This document shows positions 18,576-28,962 of a stretch of 64,000 nucleotides of DNA, in pieces (position 1 is the stretch's first letter; each line of letters opens with the position of its first letter). The DNA is from Dehalococcoidia bacterium (lineage in GTDB: Bacteria > Chloroflexota > Dehalococcoidia > UBA6926), in the NCBI GenBank assembly GCA_963666115.2, contig CAXXET010000007.1, forward strand, positions 192,001-256,000. Reading direction: 5' to 3'. Under the pieces are notes generated by a model. The model searched no databases. It saw only the letters and a program-made list of their open reading frames with translations, and was not told the DNA's origin. The position numbers and the translations under genes are program-made.

Positions 18576-19736
18576 ATGCCTGATCCCGTCATCGAACCGC
18601 AGGACGCCATCGCGGCTGAGGTGCGCCGATGGGTTGACCGGGAGGTTGTCCCGGTCGTTGATGAGCTTGAGCACAACAACACCTTCCCGGATCAACTCGT
18701 GCAGGGGATGCGGGAACTCGGCCTCTTCGAGCTGATGATTCCCCAGGAGTACGGCGGCATCGGCGCGACGTACGTCAGCTACTCCGGCGTGGTGGAGGAA
18801 TTGGCGCGGGGGTGGATGAGCCTCGGCGGAATCCTGAACACCCACGTCATCATCACGCATCTCGTTTCGACATACGGCACTGACGACCAGAAGAAGCGCT
18901 ACCTGCCGCAGTTGGCGACGGCGGAACGGCGCGGGGCGCTCACCATCACGGAGCCCAACGCGGGGTCCGACGTACAGGCCATTCAAACGGTTGCAGTAAA
19001 GGACGGCGACGATTACGTGGTGAACGGTTCCAAGCTGTTCGTGAGCAACGGGCGGCGCGGCGGGCTTTTTGCCATGGCCGTCAAGACCGACCCGACCACC
19101 GATCCGCGCTACCGCGGCATCTCCTGCCTGCTCGTTCAGCCCGATTACCCCGGTTTCGTCGTCACACGAGACATCGAGAAGCTCGGCTACAAGGGCATCG
19201 AGGCATCCGAGCTATCGATGGACGATCTCCGTGTGCCGGCAGGCAACCTGCTCGGCGGCGAGGAGGGCCAGGGATTCTTCCAAATACTGAGCGGCGTTGA
19301 GGTGGGGCGCGTGAACACGGCGGCGCGAGCCGTCGGCGTGGCGCGGGCGGCATTCGAGGCCGCGGCGACGTATGCGCAGCAGCGGCAGGCATTCGGCAAG
19401 GCAATCGGCGAGCACCAGGCCATTCAACTCAAGCTCGCTGACATGTACACGAACATCACCGCAGCGCGGCTGTTGGCTCGGTGGGCCGCAGGCGTCAAGG
19501 ACCAGGGGGGGCGCGCCGACACGGAAGTCGGCATGGCCAAGCTGTTTGCGACGGAGGTCGCGACAGAGGCGACGCTGGAATCCATGCGCATCCACGGCGG
19601 GATAGGCTATACGAAGGAGATGCCGGTGGAGCGGTTCTTCCGGGACGCGCCCGGCATGATGATCTATGAAGGGACGAACGAAATCCAGCGGACGATCATC
19701 GCGCGAAGCGTGCTGCAACGGTACGCTGTGAGCTAG
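18576..19736 (+). CDS. Acyl-CoA dehydrogenase (methylsuccinyl-CoA dehydrogenase candidate)
   Basis: TEPNAGSD, NGSK, QRQAFGK, HGGIGY, IYEGTNEIQR; EELARGWMSLGGILNTH recalls the Streptomyces EMC-cluster ACAD. Confidence 0.92.
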   Translation: MPDPVIEPQDAIAAEVRRWVDREVVPVVDELEHNNTFPDQLVQGMRELGLFELMIPQEYGGIGATYVSYSGVVEELARGWMSLGGILNTHVIITHLVSTYGTDDQKKRYLPQLATAERRGALTITEPNAGSDVQAIQTVAVKDGDDYVVNGSKLFVSNGRRGGLFAMAVKTDPTTDPRYRGISCLLVQPDYPGFVVTRDIEKLGYKGIEASELSMDDLRVPAGNLLGGEEGQGFFQILSGVEVGRVNTAARAVGVARAAFEAAATYAQQRQAFGKAIGEHQAIQLKLADMYTNITAARLLARWAAGVKDQGGRADTEVGMAKLFATEVATEATLESMRIHGGIGYTKEMPVERFFRDAPGMMIYEGTNEIQRTIIARSVLQRYAVS

Positions 19737-19751
19737 GTGGGAGAGGGTCTT

Positions 19752-20216
19752 ATGCAATTCGGACGGTATCTTGAGGAGTTTGAAGAGGGGGCGGTGTACA
19801 AGCACTGGCCCGGCAGGACGATTACGCAGGCGGACGATATCCAGTTCTGCATGTTGACGATGAACCACCACCCGCTGCATATCGATGAGGAGTTCGGCAG
19901 GAACAGCCAGTTTGGTCAGAACGTGGTCGTCGGCAACCTCGTCGTGGACATCGCCTTTGGCCTCAGCGTGCCGGACGTGTCCGGGCGCGCAATCGCCAAC
20001 CTGGGGCTGGACGAGATTCGATTCCACAAGCCGACGTTCCACGGGGATACTATCTATGCGGAGACCGAGGTGCTGTCCGTCAGGGCCAGTGAGAACCGTC
20101 CTGACCGGGGCGTCGTGACGGTTGAGACGCGGGCGACGAATCAACGCGAAGAGACGGTGATGACGTTCAAGCGGAGCGTGCTGATTCCGCGAAAGCCGGA
20201 TGACAGCGAGGGTTAG
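19752..20216 (+). CDS. MaoC-family dehydratase (mesaconyl-CoA hydratase candidate)
   Basis: MQFGRYLEEFEEGAVYKHWPGRT...LTMNHHPLH, as in the Streptomyces EMC-cluster MaoC protein. Confidence 0.88.
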   Translation: MQFGRYLEEFEEGAVYKHWPGRTITQADDIQFCMLTMNHHPLHIDEEFGRNSQFGQNVVVGNLVVDIAFGLSVPDVSGRAIANLGLDEIRFHKPTFHGDTIYAETEVLSVRASENRPDRGVVTVETRATNQREETVMTFKRSVLIPRKPDDSEG

Positions 20217-20227
20217 GGGGAGCAGGG

Positions 20228-21895
20228 ATGGCAACACCCACCTCTGAGGCGGATATCCGCGCGGCGCAGGCGGCGTGGGAGGAGAAGACGGCAGGCGCGC
20301 GCGAGCGCAAGGAGTCGTTCGGCACCGATTCCGTCGAGGACATCAGCCGAGCCTACTCGCCCCAGAGCGTCCCTGACCTGGACTTCCTGAATGACGTCGG
20401 TTTCCCGGGCGAGTACCCGTTCACACGCGGCGTCCAGCCCACGATGTACCGTGGGCGGCTGTGGTCCATGCGGCAGTACGCTGGGTTCGGCACGCCGACG
20501 GAGTCCAATGAGCGGTTCCGCTACCTGCTGGAGCAGGGGCAGACAGGCTTGTCCGTGGCATTCGACCTGCCAACGCAGCTTGGCTATGACTCCGACGATT
20601 CGCACTCGCTCGGGGAGGTCGGCAAGGTCGGTGTGGCGATTGATTCGCTGCGCGACATGGAGTTGATGTTCCAGGACATCCCGCTGGACAAGGTCAGCAC
20701 GTCGATGACGATCAACGCGCCCGCTGCCCTGCTGGTCGCCATGTACGTGGCGGTTGGCGAGAAGCAGGGTCATGAACCCGCTGCACTCACCGGCACGGCG
20801 CAGAACGACGTGCTCAAGGAATACATTGCGCGCGGGACGTATATCTATCCACCGGGGCCGTCTCTGCGACTGGCGGCGGATTTGGTGGGCTACTGCGCGC
20901 GGGAGATGCCACGATTCAACAGCATCTCGATTAGCGGCTACCACATGCGTGACGCGGGCAGCACTGCGGCGCAGGAGATTGCGTTCACGTTCGCCAACGC
21001 CATTGCGTACGGCGAGGCATTCGTTGAACGCGGTGTCGACGCTGATTCATGGGGCCCGCGCGTTTCATGGATTTTCAATACGCACAACAACTTCCTAGAG
21101 GAGGTCGCCAAGTACCGAGCGCTACGCCGCATGTGGGCGAAGATCATGAAGGAGCGGTTCGGGGCAGAGGATCCGCGTTCATGGATGCTCCGCACGCACA
21201 CGCAGACCGGCGGCTCGACGCTGACGGCGCAGCAGCCGCAGAACAACATCGTCCGCGCGGCCTACCAGGCCATGGCGGCGGTGCTGGGCGGGGTGCAGAG
21301 CCTCGCGCTGTCCTGTTACGACGAGGCGCTGGGAATTCCAACCGATGAGGCGCAGCGCGTCGCGCTGCGCACCCAGCAGATTTTGGCGCACGAAACGGGC
21401 GTGGCGGACACGGTCGATCCCTTGGCGGGTTCCTACTTCGTCGAGTGGATGACCAACAACCTGGAAGAAAAGGCGTGGCAGTACCTGCGGCAAATCGAGG
21501 ACCTGGGCGGCGCGGTGACGGCAATCGAGAATGGCGTCATCCAGAAGGAGATCGCGCAGGCATCGTATGACATGGCCCAGTCCATTGAGAACGGCGATCA
21601 GCTTGTGGTCGGCGTCAACTCGTTCACGGACGGCAACGAAGACCAATCGCTGCAAGTGTTCCGCGTGGACAACCGCGTCGTCGCTGAGCAGCATCAGTCG
21701 TTGGAGCGCGTGCGCGGCGAGCGCAGCGCGGAGGACGTGAACAACGCGCTGGAGGCTCTTCGGGCGGCTGCGCGAGGCAACGATGACCTGATGGCGCCCA
21801 TTTTGGGGGCGGTGCGTGCGTATGCGACGACGGGCGAGATCTGCAGTGCGCTGCGCGACGTGTTTGGGGAATACACGCCGCCGGTGGAGGTGTAG
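20228..21895 (+). CDS. B12-dependent acyl-CoA mutase large (substrate-binding) subunit, methylmalonyl-CoA mutase family
   Basis: [38 protein letters not shown]; no C-terminal DxHxxG B12 domain. Confidence 0.93.
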   Translation: MATPTSEADIRAAQAAWEEKTAGARERKESFGTDSVEDISRAYSPQSVPDLDFLNDVGFPGEYPFTRGVQPTMYRGRLWSMRQYAGFGTPTESNERFRYLLEQGQTGLSVAFDLPTQLGYDSDDSHSLGEVGKVGVAIDSLRDMELMFQDIPLDKVSTSMTINAPAALLVAMYVAVGEKQGHEPAALTGTAQNDVLKEYIARGTYIYPPGPSLRLAADLVGYCAREMPRFNSISISGYHMRDAGSTAAQEIAFTFANAIAYGEAFVERGVDADSWGPRVSWIFNTHNNFLEEVAKYRALRRMWAKIMKERFGAEDPRSWMLRTHTQTGGSTLTAQQPQNNIVRAAYQAMAAVLGGVQSLALSCYDEALGIPTDEAQRVALRTQQILAHETGVADTVDPLAGSYFVEWMTNNLEEKAWQYLRQIEDLGGAVTAIENGVIQKEIAQASYDMAQSIENGDQLVVGVNSFTDGNEDQSLQVFRVDNRVVAEQHQSLERVRGERSAEDVNNALEALRAAARGNDDLMAPILGAVRAYATTGEICSALRDVFGEYTPPVEV

Positions 21896-21961
21896 ACGGC
21901 GGGGTAGGATTACAGGGTTAGTAGGGAAGCTAGGAAGGTTACAGAAGAGGGGGTAAGGACG

Positions 21962-22711
21962 ATGGCAGGACTGTTGGACGGCAAGGTGGCGCTCGTGACG
22001 GGCGGCTCTCGCGGCATTGGCCGCGCAACGGCAATCGAACTGGCAGCGAGCGGCGCGGCAGTTGCCGTGAATTACAACGCGAACGCGGACGCGGCCAATG
22101 AGGTCGTGAGCGAGATTACAGGCGCGGGCGGCAAGGCCGGCGCGTACCAGTTCAATATCGCGGACCGCGCGGCGGTTGATTCGCAGATCGATCAGATTGT
22201 GTCCGATCTCGGACCGGTCACCATCCTGGTGAACAACGCGGGCGCGACGGCGGACAGGACGCTCAGGAACATGTCCGACGAGCAGTGGGACAGCGTCATC
22301 GAGGTCAACCTGACCGGAACGTTCAACGTGACGAAGAAGGTCTGGAACATCATGGGCGAGGCCGGCGGCGGCCATATCGTCAACATCAGTTCCCTCGTTG
22401 GCGAGGCAGGACGGCTTGGCCTGATCAACTACTCGACCGCCAAGGCGGGGCTCCTGGGCTTCACCAAGACAGCGGCGCGGGAGGGCGCGCGGACGAACAT
22501 CCAGGTGAACGCGATCGCGCCCGGGTTCATTGACACGGATATGATTTCCGGCCTGACGCCGGAGATGAAGGAGAACCTCAAGAAGGAGGCCGTTCTTGGC
22601 CGCCTCGGCGAGGTTGAGGAGATCGCGAAGGTCGTGCGTTTCATCGTGAGCGAGGCGAGCTACATGACGGGCGCGACGATCGACGTGAACGGCGGGATGT
22701 ACTACCGCTAG
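21962..22711 (+). CDS. Acetoacetyl-CoA / 3-oxoacyl reductase (PhaB/FabG-like SDR)
   Basis: TGGSRGIG, NNAG, NYSTAK, APGFIDTDM; adjacent to a thiolase. Confidence 0.88.
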   Translation: MAGLLDGKVALVTGGSRGIGRATAIELAASGAAVAVNYNANADAANEVVSEITGAGGKAGAYQFNIADRAAVDSQIDQIVSDLGPVTILVNNAGATADRTLRNMSDEQWDSVIEVNLTGTFNVTKKVWNIMGEAGGGHIVNISSLVGEAGRLGLINYSTAKAGLLGFTKTAAREGARTNIQVNAIAPGFIDTDMISGLTPEMKENLKKEAVLGRLGEVEEIAKVVRFIVSEASYMTGATIDVNGGMYYR

Positions 22712-22754
22712 GACTCCGGCGGCAAACGGGATAAACCCAGGGGGGATTGGGACC

Positions 22755-23939
22755 ATGAGCGATGCAGTGATCGTGAGCGCGGTGCGAACCGCGGTGGGGA
22801 CGATGGGCGGCGGCCTTTCCAACGTGGCGGCGCCAAAGCTGGGCGCAGTCACCATCCAGGCGGCCATTGGGCGCGCCGGCATTCCGGACGAGATTCTGCC
22901 GGATGAGGTGCTGATGGGGAATGTCATCCAGGCCGGACTCGGACAGAACCCGGCCCGCCAGTCCGCCATCCAGGGCGGCCTGCCCGTCAGCGTGCCCGCC
23001 ACCACCATCAACAAGGTGTGCGGCTCCGGCCTCAAGACCGTCATCCTGGCCTCGCAGGCCATCCGCGCGGGCGATGCCAGCTACATCGTCGCGGGCGGCA
23101 TGGAGAACATGAGCGCAGGGCCGTACCTGGTGCAGAACGGCCGCTACGGCTATCGTCTCGGCAACGCCGAGCTGGTCGACGCCACGGTGAACGACGGGCT
23201 GTGGTGCGCGATGGAAGACTGCCACATGGGCATCACGGCGGAGAACGTCGCCGCAGAGTACGGCGTCACCCGCGATGACCAGGACGCCTTCTCGGCGGAG
23301 TCGCAGCGGCGCGCCGGCGCGGCGATGAGCAGCGGCCGGTTTGCGGATGAGATCGTCAACGTGGAAATCCCGCAGCGGCGCGGCGACCCGGTCGTGGTGG
23401 ATACCGACGAGTACCCGCGCCCGGACTCCACGTCGGAGACCCTGGGGCGCCTCCGTCCCGCCTTCACGGGCGAGGGCACGGTGACGGCGGGCAACGCCTC
23501 CGGCATCAACGACGGCGCGGCGACGACCATCGTCGTTTCGGAGGAGTTCGCGAATGAGCACGGCTTGAAGCCGTTGGCGAAAGTGCGCGGGTATGCGTCC
23601 GCGGGCGTGGAGCCGCGCATCATGGGCATCGGCCCAATCGGCGCAATGCAGAAGGCCGTCCGCCACGCCGGGCTGTCCATCAGCGACATCGACCTCTTCG
23701 AGTTGAACGAGGCGTTCGCGGCGCAGTCCGTGGCCGTCACGCGCGAGCTTGAGCTTGACTCCGACAGGGTGAACGTGAACGGCGGCGCGATCGCCATCGG
23801 GCACCCCATCGGCGCGTCCGGCACGCGCATCCTCGTGACCCTGCTACACGAGATGCAGAAGCGGGAGGCGCAGTTCGGGATGGCCTCGCTGTGCATCGGC
23901 GGCGGCCAGGGCATCGCGCTGGTGGTTGAGGCCGCGTAG
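22755..23939 (+). CDS. Acetyl-CoA C-acetyltransferase (biosynthetic thiolase)
   Basis: NKVCGSG, NEAFA, GHPIGASG, LCIGGGQG. Confidence 0.95.
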   Translation: MSDAVIVSAVRTAVGTMGGGLSNVAAPKLGAVTIQAAIGRAGIPDEILPDEVLMGNVIQAGLGQNPARQSAIQGGLPVSVPATTINKVCGSGLKTVILASQAIRAGDASYIVAGGMENMSAGPYLVQNGRYGYRLGNAELVDATVNDGLWCAMEDCHMGITAENVAAEYGVTRDDQDAFSAESQRRAGAAMSSGRFADEIVNVEIPQRRGDPVVVDTDEYPRPDSTSETLGRLRPAFTGEGTVTAGNASGINDGAATTIVVSEEFANEHGLKPLAKVRGYASAGVEPRIMGIGPIGAMQKAVRHAGLSISDIDLFELNEAFAAQSVAVTRELELDSDRVNVNGGAIAIGHPIGASGTRILVTLLHEMQKREAQFGMASLCIGGGQGIALVVEAA

Positions 23940-23953
23940 GAGAGACGCCGCTG

Positions 23954-23983
23954 TTGCGCGGGGCGCGAGGATTTGGCTATACT
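23954..23983 (+). promoter_or_regulatory. Sigma70-type promoter of groESL
   Basis: TTGCGC-N18-TATACT immediately upstream of CIRCE. Confidence 0.6.
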
Positions 23984-23990
23984 GCGAGTG

Positions 23991-24017
23991 TTAGCACTCT
24001 CACGCCGAGAGTGCTAA
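23991..24017. promoter_or_regulatory. CIRCE operator (HrcA binding site)
   Basis: Perfect TTAGCACTC-N9-GAGTGCTAA upstream of groES. Confidence 0.97.
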
Positions 24018-24057
24018 TTGTGCGAAAACAACGGTTACAGGAGGGATAGAGAGAGGT

Positions 24058-24351
24058 ATGGCGCGCACATTTCAGCCGCTGGGGGATCGGATTGTGATCA
24101 AGCCGATTGAGCAGGAGGAGGTCTCCAAGGGGGGCCTGGTTCTGCCGGATACGGCGCGGGAACGCCCGCAGGAGGGCGAGGTCATCGCCGCAGGCCCGGG
24201 ACGGCTCACGGAAGAGGGCAACCGCATTCCGATGGAACTCGTCGTCGGCGACAAGGTCCTGTACGCCAAGTACGCGGGAACCGAACTCAAGGAGGACGAC
24301 GAGGACTACCTGGTGCTCCGGGAGTCCGACATCCTGGCGAAAATCAGCTAG
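24058..24351 (+). CDS. groES: Co-chaperonin GroES
   Basis: [32 protein letters not shown]. Confidence 0.97.
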   Translation: MARTFQPLGDRIVIKPIEQEEVSKGGLVLPDTARERPQEGEVIAAGPGRLTEEGNRIPMELVVGDKVLYAKYAGTELKEDDEDYLVLRESDILAKIS

Positions 24352-25995
<1,644 letters not shown>

Positions 25996-26022
25996 GCGAA
26001 CGCGGCTCAATTCAGACGAGAG

Positions 26023-26063
26023 ACGTCCCCGCTCACCGGCCGGTGAGCGGGGACGTTCTTTTT
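26023..26063 (+). terminator. Intrinsic terminator of groESL
   Basis: 34-bp perfect palindrome ACGTCCCCGCTCACCGG/CCGGTGAGCGGGGACGT followed by TCTTTTT. Confidence 0.85.
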
Positions 26064-26120
26064 GGCCGTGATTGGTTGTTTGGCTGAAGCGCCTGTACCA
26101 TCAGTCAGGGGGGTGAACTC

Positions 26121-26840
26121 ATGGGACAACTCGACGGCAAGGTCTGCATCATTACGGGTGGCGGCAGGGGCATCGGGAAGGGGATCGCGCGCGCGTTCGC
26201 CAAGGAGGGCGCGACCCTTGTCCTGGCGTCGCGGCAGCTTGAGCATCTCAACACGACCGCCGAGGAGATGCGCGAGTACGGATCGCCTACCCTCGTGGTC
26301 CAGACGGACGTGACCAGCGAGGAGCAGATCAAGAGCCTCTTTGCGACGACGATGGCGGAATATGGGCGAGTGGACATCCTGGTGAATAACTCCGGGGTGT
26401 TCGACGGCGGGCCGGTGGACGAGCTTTCGCTGGAGACGTGGAACAAGGTCATCAGCATCAACCTCACCGCGGTTTTCATCTGCACACGGGAGGCCATGAA
26501 GATCATGAAGCCGCAGGCAGGCGGGCGGATCATCAACATCGGCAGCATCTCGTCGAGCATCCCCAGGATGAACTCGGCCGCCTACGCATCCACCAAGCAC
26601 GCAATCATCGGGCTCACCAAGTCGACCGCGCTCGAGGGCAGGCCGTTCGGCATCTCGGCGGGCGCGCTTCATCCCGGGAGCGTCACGCTGGAGTGGCGCG
26701 GCCCCGAAGACCCGGACGCGACCATGTCCGTGGACGACGTCGCCATCGCCGCGCTGGCAATGGCCGTCATGCCACCCTACGCCAATATGCTTGACGCGAC
26801 AGTCCTGCCCATCAAACAGCCGTTTTTGGGGCGGGGGTAG
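26121..26840 (+). CDS. Short-chain dehydrogenase/reductase
   Basis: TGGGRGIG, NNSG, YASTK. Confidence 0.92.
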   Translation: MGQLDGKVCIITGGGRGIGKGIARAFAKEGATLVLASRQLEHLNTTAEEMREYGSPTLVVQTDVTSEEQIKSLFATTMAEYGRVDILVNNSGVFDGGPVDELSLETWNKVISINLTAVFICTREAMKIMKPQAGGRIINIGSISSSIPRMNSAAYASTKHAIIGLTKSTALEGRPFGISAGALHPGSVTLEWRGPEDPDATMSVDDVAIAALAMAVMPPYANMLDATVLPIKQPFLGRG

Positions 26841-26862
26841 GCCGCTGATCTCCCCTCATTCC

Positions 26863-27380
26863 AGGGAGTCATTGGGGTTCTTCTTTCGTGGTGTCCCTTG
26901 TGCTCTCCTTTCGGTTCGTTCCGGTTTGGCGGGTCTTGGGGGGTGCATCGGCGCTGCGGGCCTCCAGCCTTTTGGTTGAGCCGTCATCGGTTCGGCGCAG
27001 TGGGAGCTTTGTTCCATCGCGTCGGCCACCGTTTTAGGCCGCGCTCCGGTCTCCAGATATTCGCGCCAGAAGCTACCCTGGCGCCGGACGACTCTCGCTG
27101 CGCCGCGATTGCCGCCCCCCTATACGCCCCGTCAGCCCACCGTCACTGGCCGCCCGTGGCCACGAGCAAACCCGTCGTGGTTTCCTGGCCGGGAAACCGG
27201 AGGGCCTTGTCGCCGATGCACCCCTCGCAGGGAGCGCCCTCCATTGCGCGCCCCCGGGGATTGTTGTGACGGCCCGGGTGTTAACTTGCCCTCGCCGCCG
27301 TCGAAAAGGCTTGTTTCGATGTGGGGAGGTTAGTACAGGGGTTTTGTTTGGTGCAAGGGGTGGTGGCACATGGGGGGGGC
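26863..27380 (+). ncRNA. Candidate large structured non-coding element (RNA or ssDNA), family unrecognised
   Basis: No credible ORF. Nested helices 26940-26953/27211-27224 (14 bp perfect), 26993-27006/27092-27105 (14 bp, 2 G-U), 26890-26898/27229-27238, plus several local hairpins. Confidence 0.55.
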
Positions 27381-27442
27381 TGTCATTCCCGTGCACGGAG
27401 GAATCTAGCACTCCCTCCGAATCCCCCGCGTAGGCGGGGGCA
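27379..27442. repeat. Composite hairpin repeat, left boundary of accessory cassette
   Basis: GTCATTCC...GGAATC hairpin plus 27-mer 27416-27442, the exact reverse complement of 32562-32588. Confidence 0.85.
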
Positions 27443-27500
27443 CCGTATACTGAGTATGGACGGCAAATCGAAGGGATCTGGGGCAGCATTTGGAGGGTAC

Positions 27501-28808
27501 ATGACAGTGACCCAGCGGCCGAGGGTGGGTGCCATAGGTCTGGATGCCTCGCATCTGGATTCTATCAGGCCGCTTTGCGGAGAGCTTAGGCCAGCCGACT
27601 CCTTGGGTGAATATTGCCAGCTCTACAGTTGGACGGAAACGGATATTTTGGTAGCGCGTGACTTCGATTCTTGGGAGAATGATCCTTCTCCTGTCAAAAT
27701 CAATCCTGATGTCAATCTACTCGCTTTTGGTGACTTGTATGTTATGTGGCCGGATACGTATTTTGTAAGGCACGATCACGCTACCGAACACTTCGCATCG
27801 ACTAGCGAGAACACGGAACGTGAACTTACGGTCACGGGCTCTTGTCCTGATTCATACAGAGACCTCGCCAATGAGTTGGTCAGGGAGTTGCCGACAAGGC
27901 AGAGCCCCCCTACAGTGATCGAGACTTCCAGAGGATCGCGTAAGGCCTTGGTTTCAACTACCTCAAAACGTCCCGTCGCCTTGCACATCGATTTGCCATC
28001 CCAGAAAGAAGGGCCGGACAGGAAGTCAGTACAGGCGGTCGCACTCCTCCTCCCTAACGTCTCTAACCTCGCGGCTTGGTTCAGAGCCTTCCTCTCGGGG
28101 GTACATGAAAGGAATCCCCACCAGGTTCCGCATGCCCCGCCTCGTCTGAGCGATCCATCAGATTGGTACACGCCTGATGAGAGGGAGTTGGCTGCTCAAA
28201 TCTCGGAAACCAACGCGGAAATCACCGCTTTAAGGGACAAGCATGACCGTCTGGAAGAACTACTGGCCGCAAAGACGACAGAGGCCGATGCAGGGATTCG
28301 GCGCGCTCTCTGGGCAGACGGAGACGACTTGACTGCTGCGACCATGAAGATTCTTTCCGGCCTAGGCTTTAGAGTCCGGGATATGGATGCCGAATTGGAG
28401 AAGGGGGAGCCCAAGCGCGAAGACCTGCGACTGACACTCCCTGAACGCCCTAAGTGGAATGCCATTGTGGAAGTCAAAGGCTATTCGGGCGGCACAAGGA
28501 CGAACGATGCCCGTCAAATTAGGGAGCATCGCGATCGCTACATGCAGGAGGAAGGTCGGCAGCCTGACTTGACCCTCTGGCTAGCCAACACTCATCGCAA
28601 CTCCGACCCTTCCGGTAGGCCCCTGCCGGACGGAAACGTAAAGGACACCGCTGAGGCGGTCGGCATCGTTCACGCGCAAGTGCATGATCTCCTTCGACAA
28701 TGGCTGTTTGTCCAGGCAGGCATTCATGATGTAGCAATTGTTGTGCAAAGTTTGGTCGATGCCGAACCCGGGCTCTGGACTCCGCCAACCCCTCCTGGCC
28801 ACGCATAG
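27501..28808 (+). CDS. Hypothetical protein with coiled coil and C-terminal PD-(D/E)XK nuclease-like domain
   Basis: ATG after GGAGGG; ILSGLGF...REDLRL...IVEVKG...DARQI pattern. Confidence 0.65.
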   Translation: MTVTQRPRVGAIGLDASHLDSIRPLCGELRPADSLGEYCQLYSWTETDILVARDFDSWENDPSPVKINPDVNLLAFGDLYVMWPDTYFVRHDHATEHFASTSENTERELTVTGSCPDSYRDLANELVRELPTRQSPPTVIETSRGSRKALVSTTSKRPVALHIDLPSQKEGPDRKSVQAVALLLPNVSNLAAWFRAFLSGVHERNPHQVPHAPPRLSDPSDWYTPDERELAAQISETNAEITALRDKHDRLEELLAAKTTEADAGIRRALWADGDDLTAATMKILSGLGFRVRDMDAELEKGEPKREDLRLTLPERPKWNAIVEVKGYSGGTRTNDARQIREHRDRYMQEEGRQPDLTLWLANTHRNSDPSGRPLPDGNVKDTAEAVGIVHAQVHDLLRQWLFVQAGIHDVAIVVQSLVDAEPGLWTPPTPPGHA

Positions 28809-28962
28809 CGAACTGCCCTTCTTCCGCAGAGCGCACCGTGTTGTGGTTTCCTGTACGCCCAAGTTAAGTACAGAGACCGATTCCAGTGCGGCCACGGCTT
28901 TAGGGCGACAACTACTTCCGCCTAGGCGGCGAGATTTTGACGAGGCATCCGGTCAGTTTCCC

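Noticed and set aside
21896-21961. G-run-rich intergenic spacer (possible G-quadruplex)
   Set aside because: Loops are long and irregular, the last G-run doubles as the RBS, and G-rich gene tails are common in this window.
26863-27380. RNase P RNA, tmRNA, SRP RNA or group II intron as identity of the structured element
   Set aside because: No GAGGAAAGUCC, no T-loop/CCA end, no SRP core. GAGCCG...CGGTTC mimics the base of group II domain V but closes only a 4-nt loop, and no bulged-A domain VI is evident.
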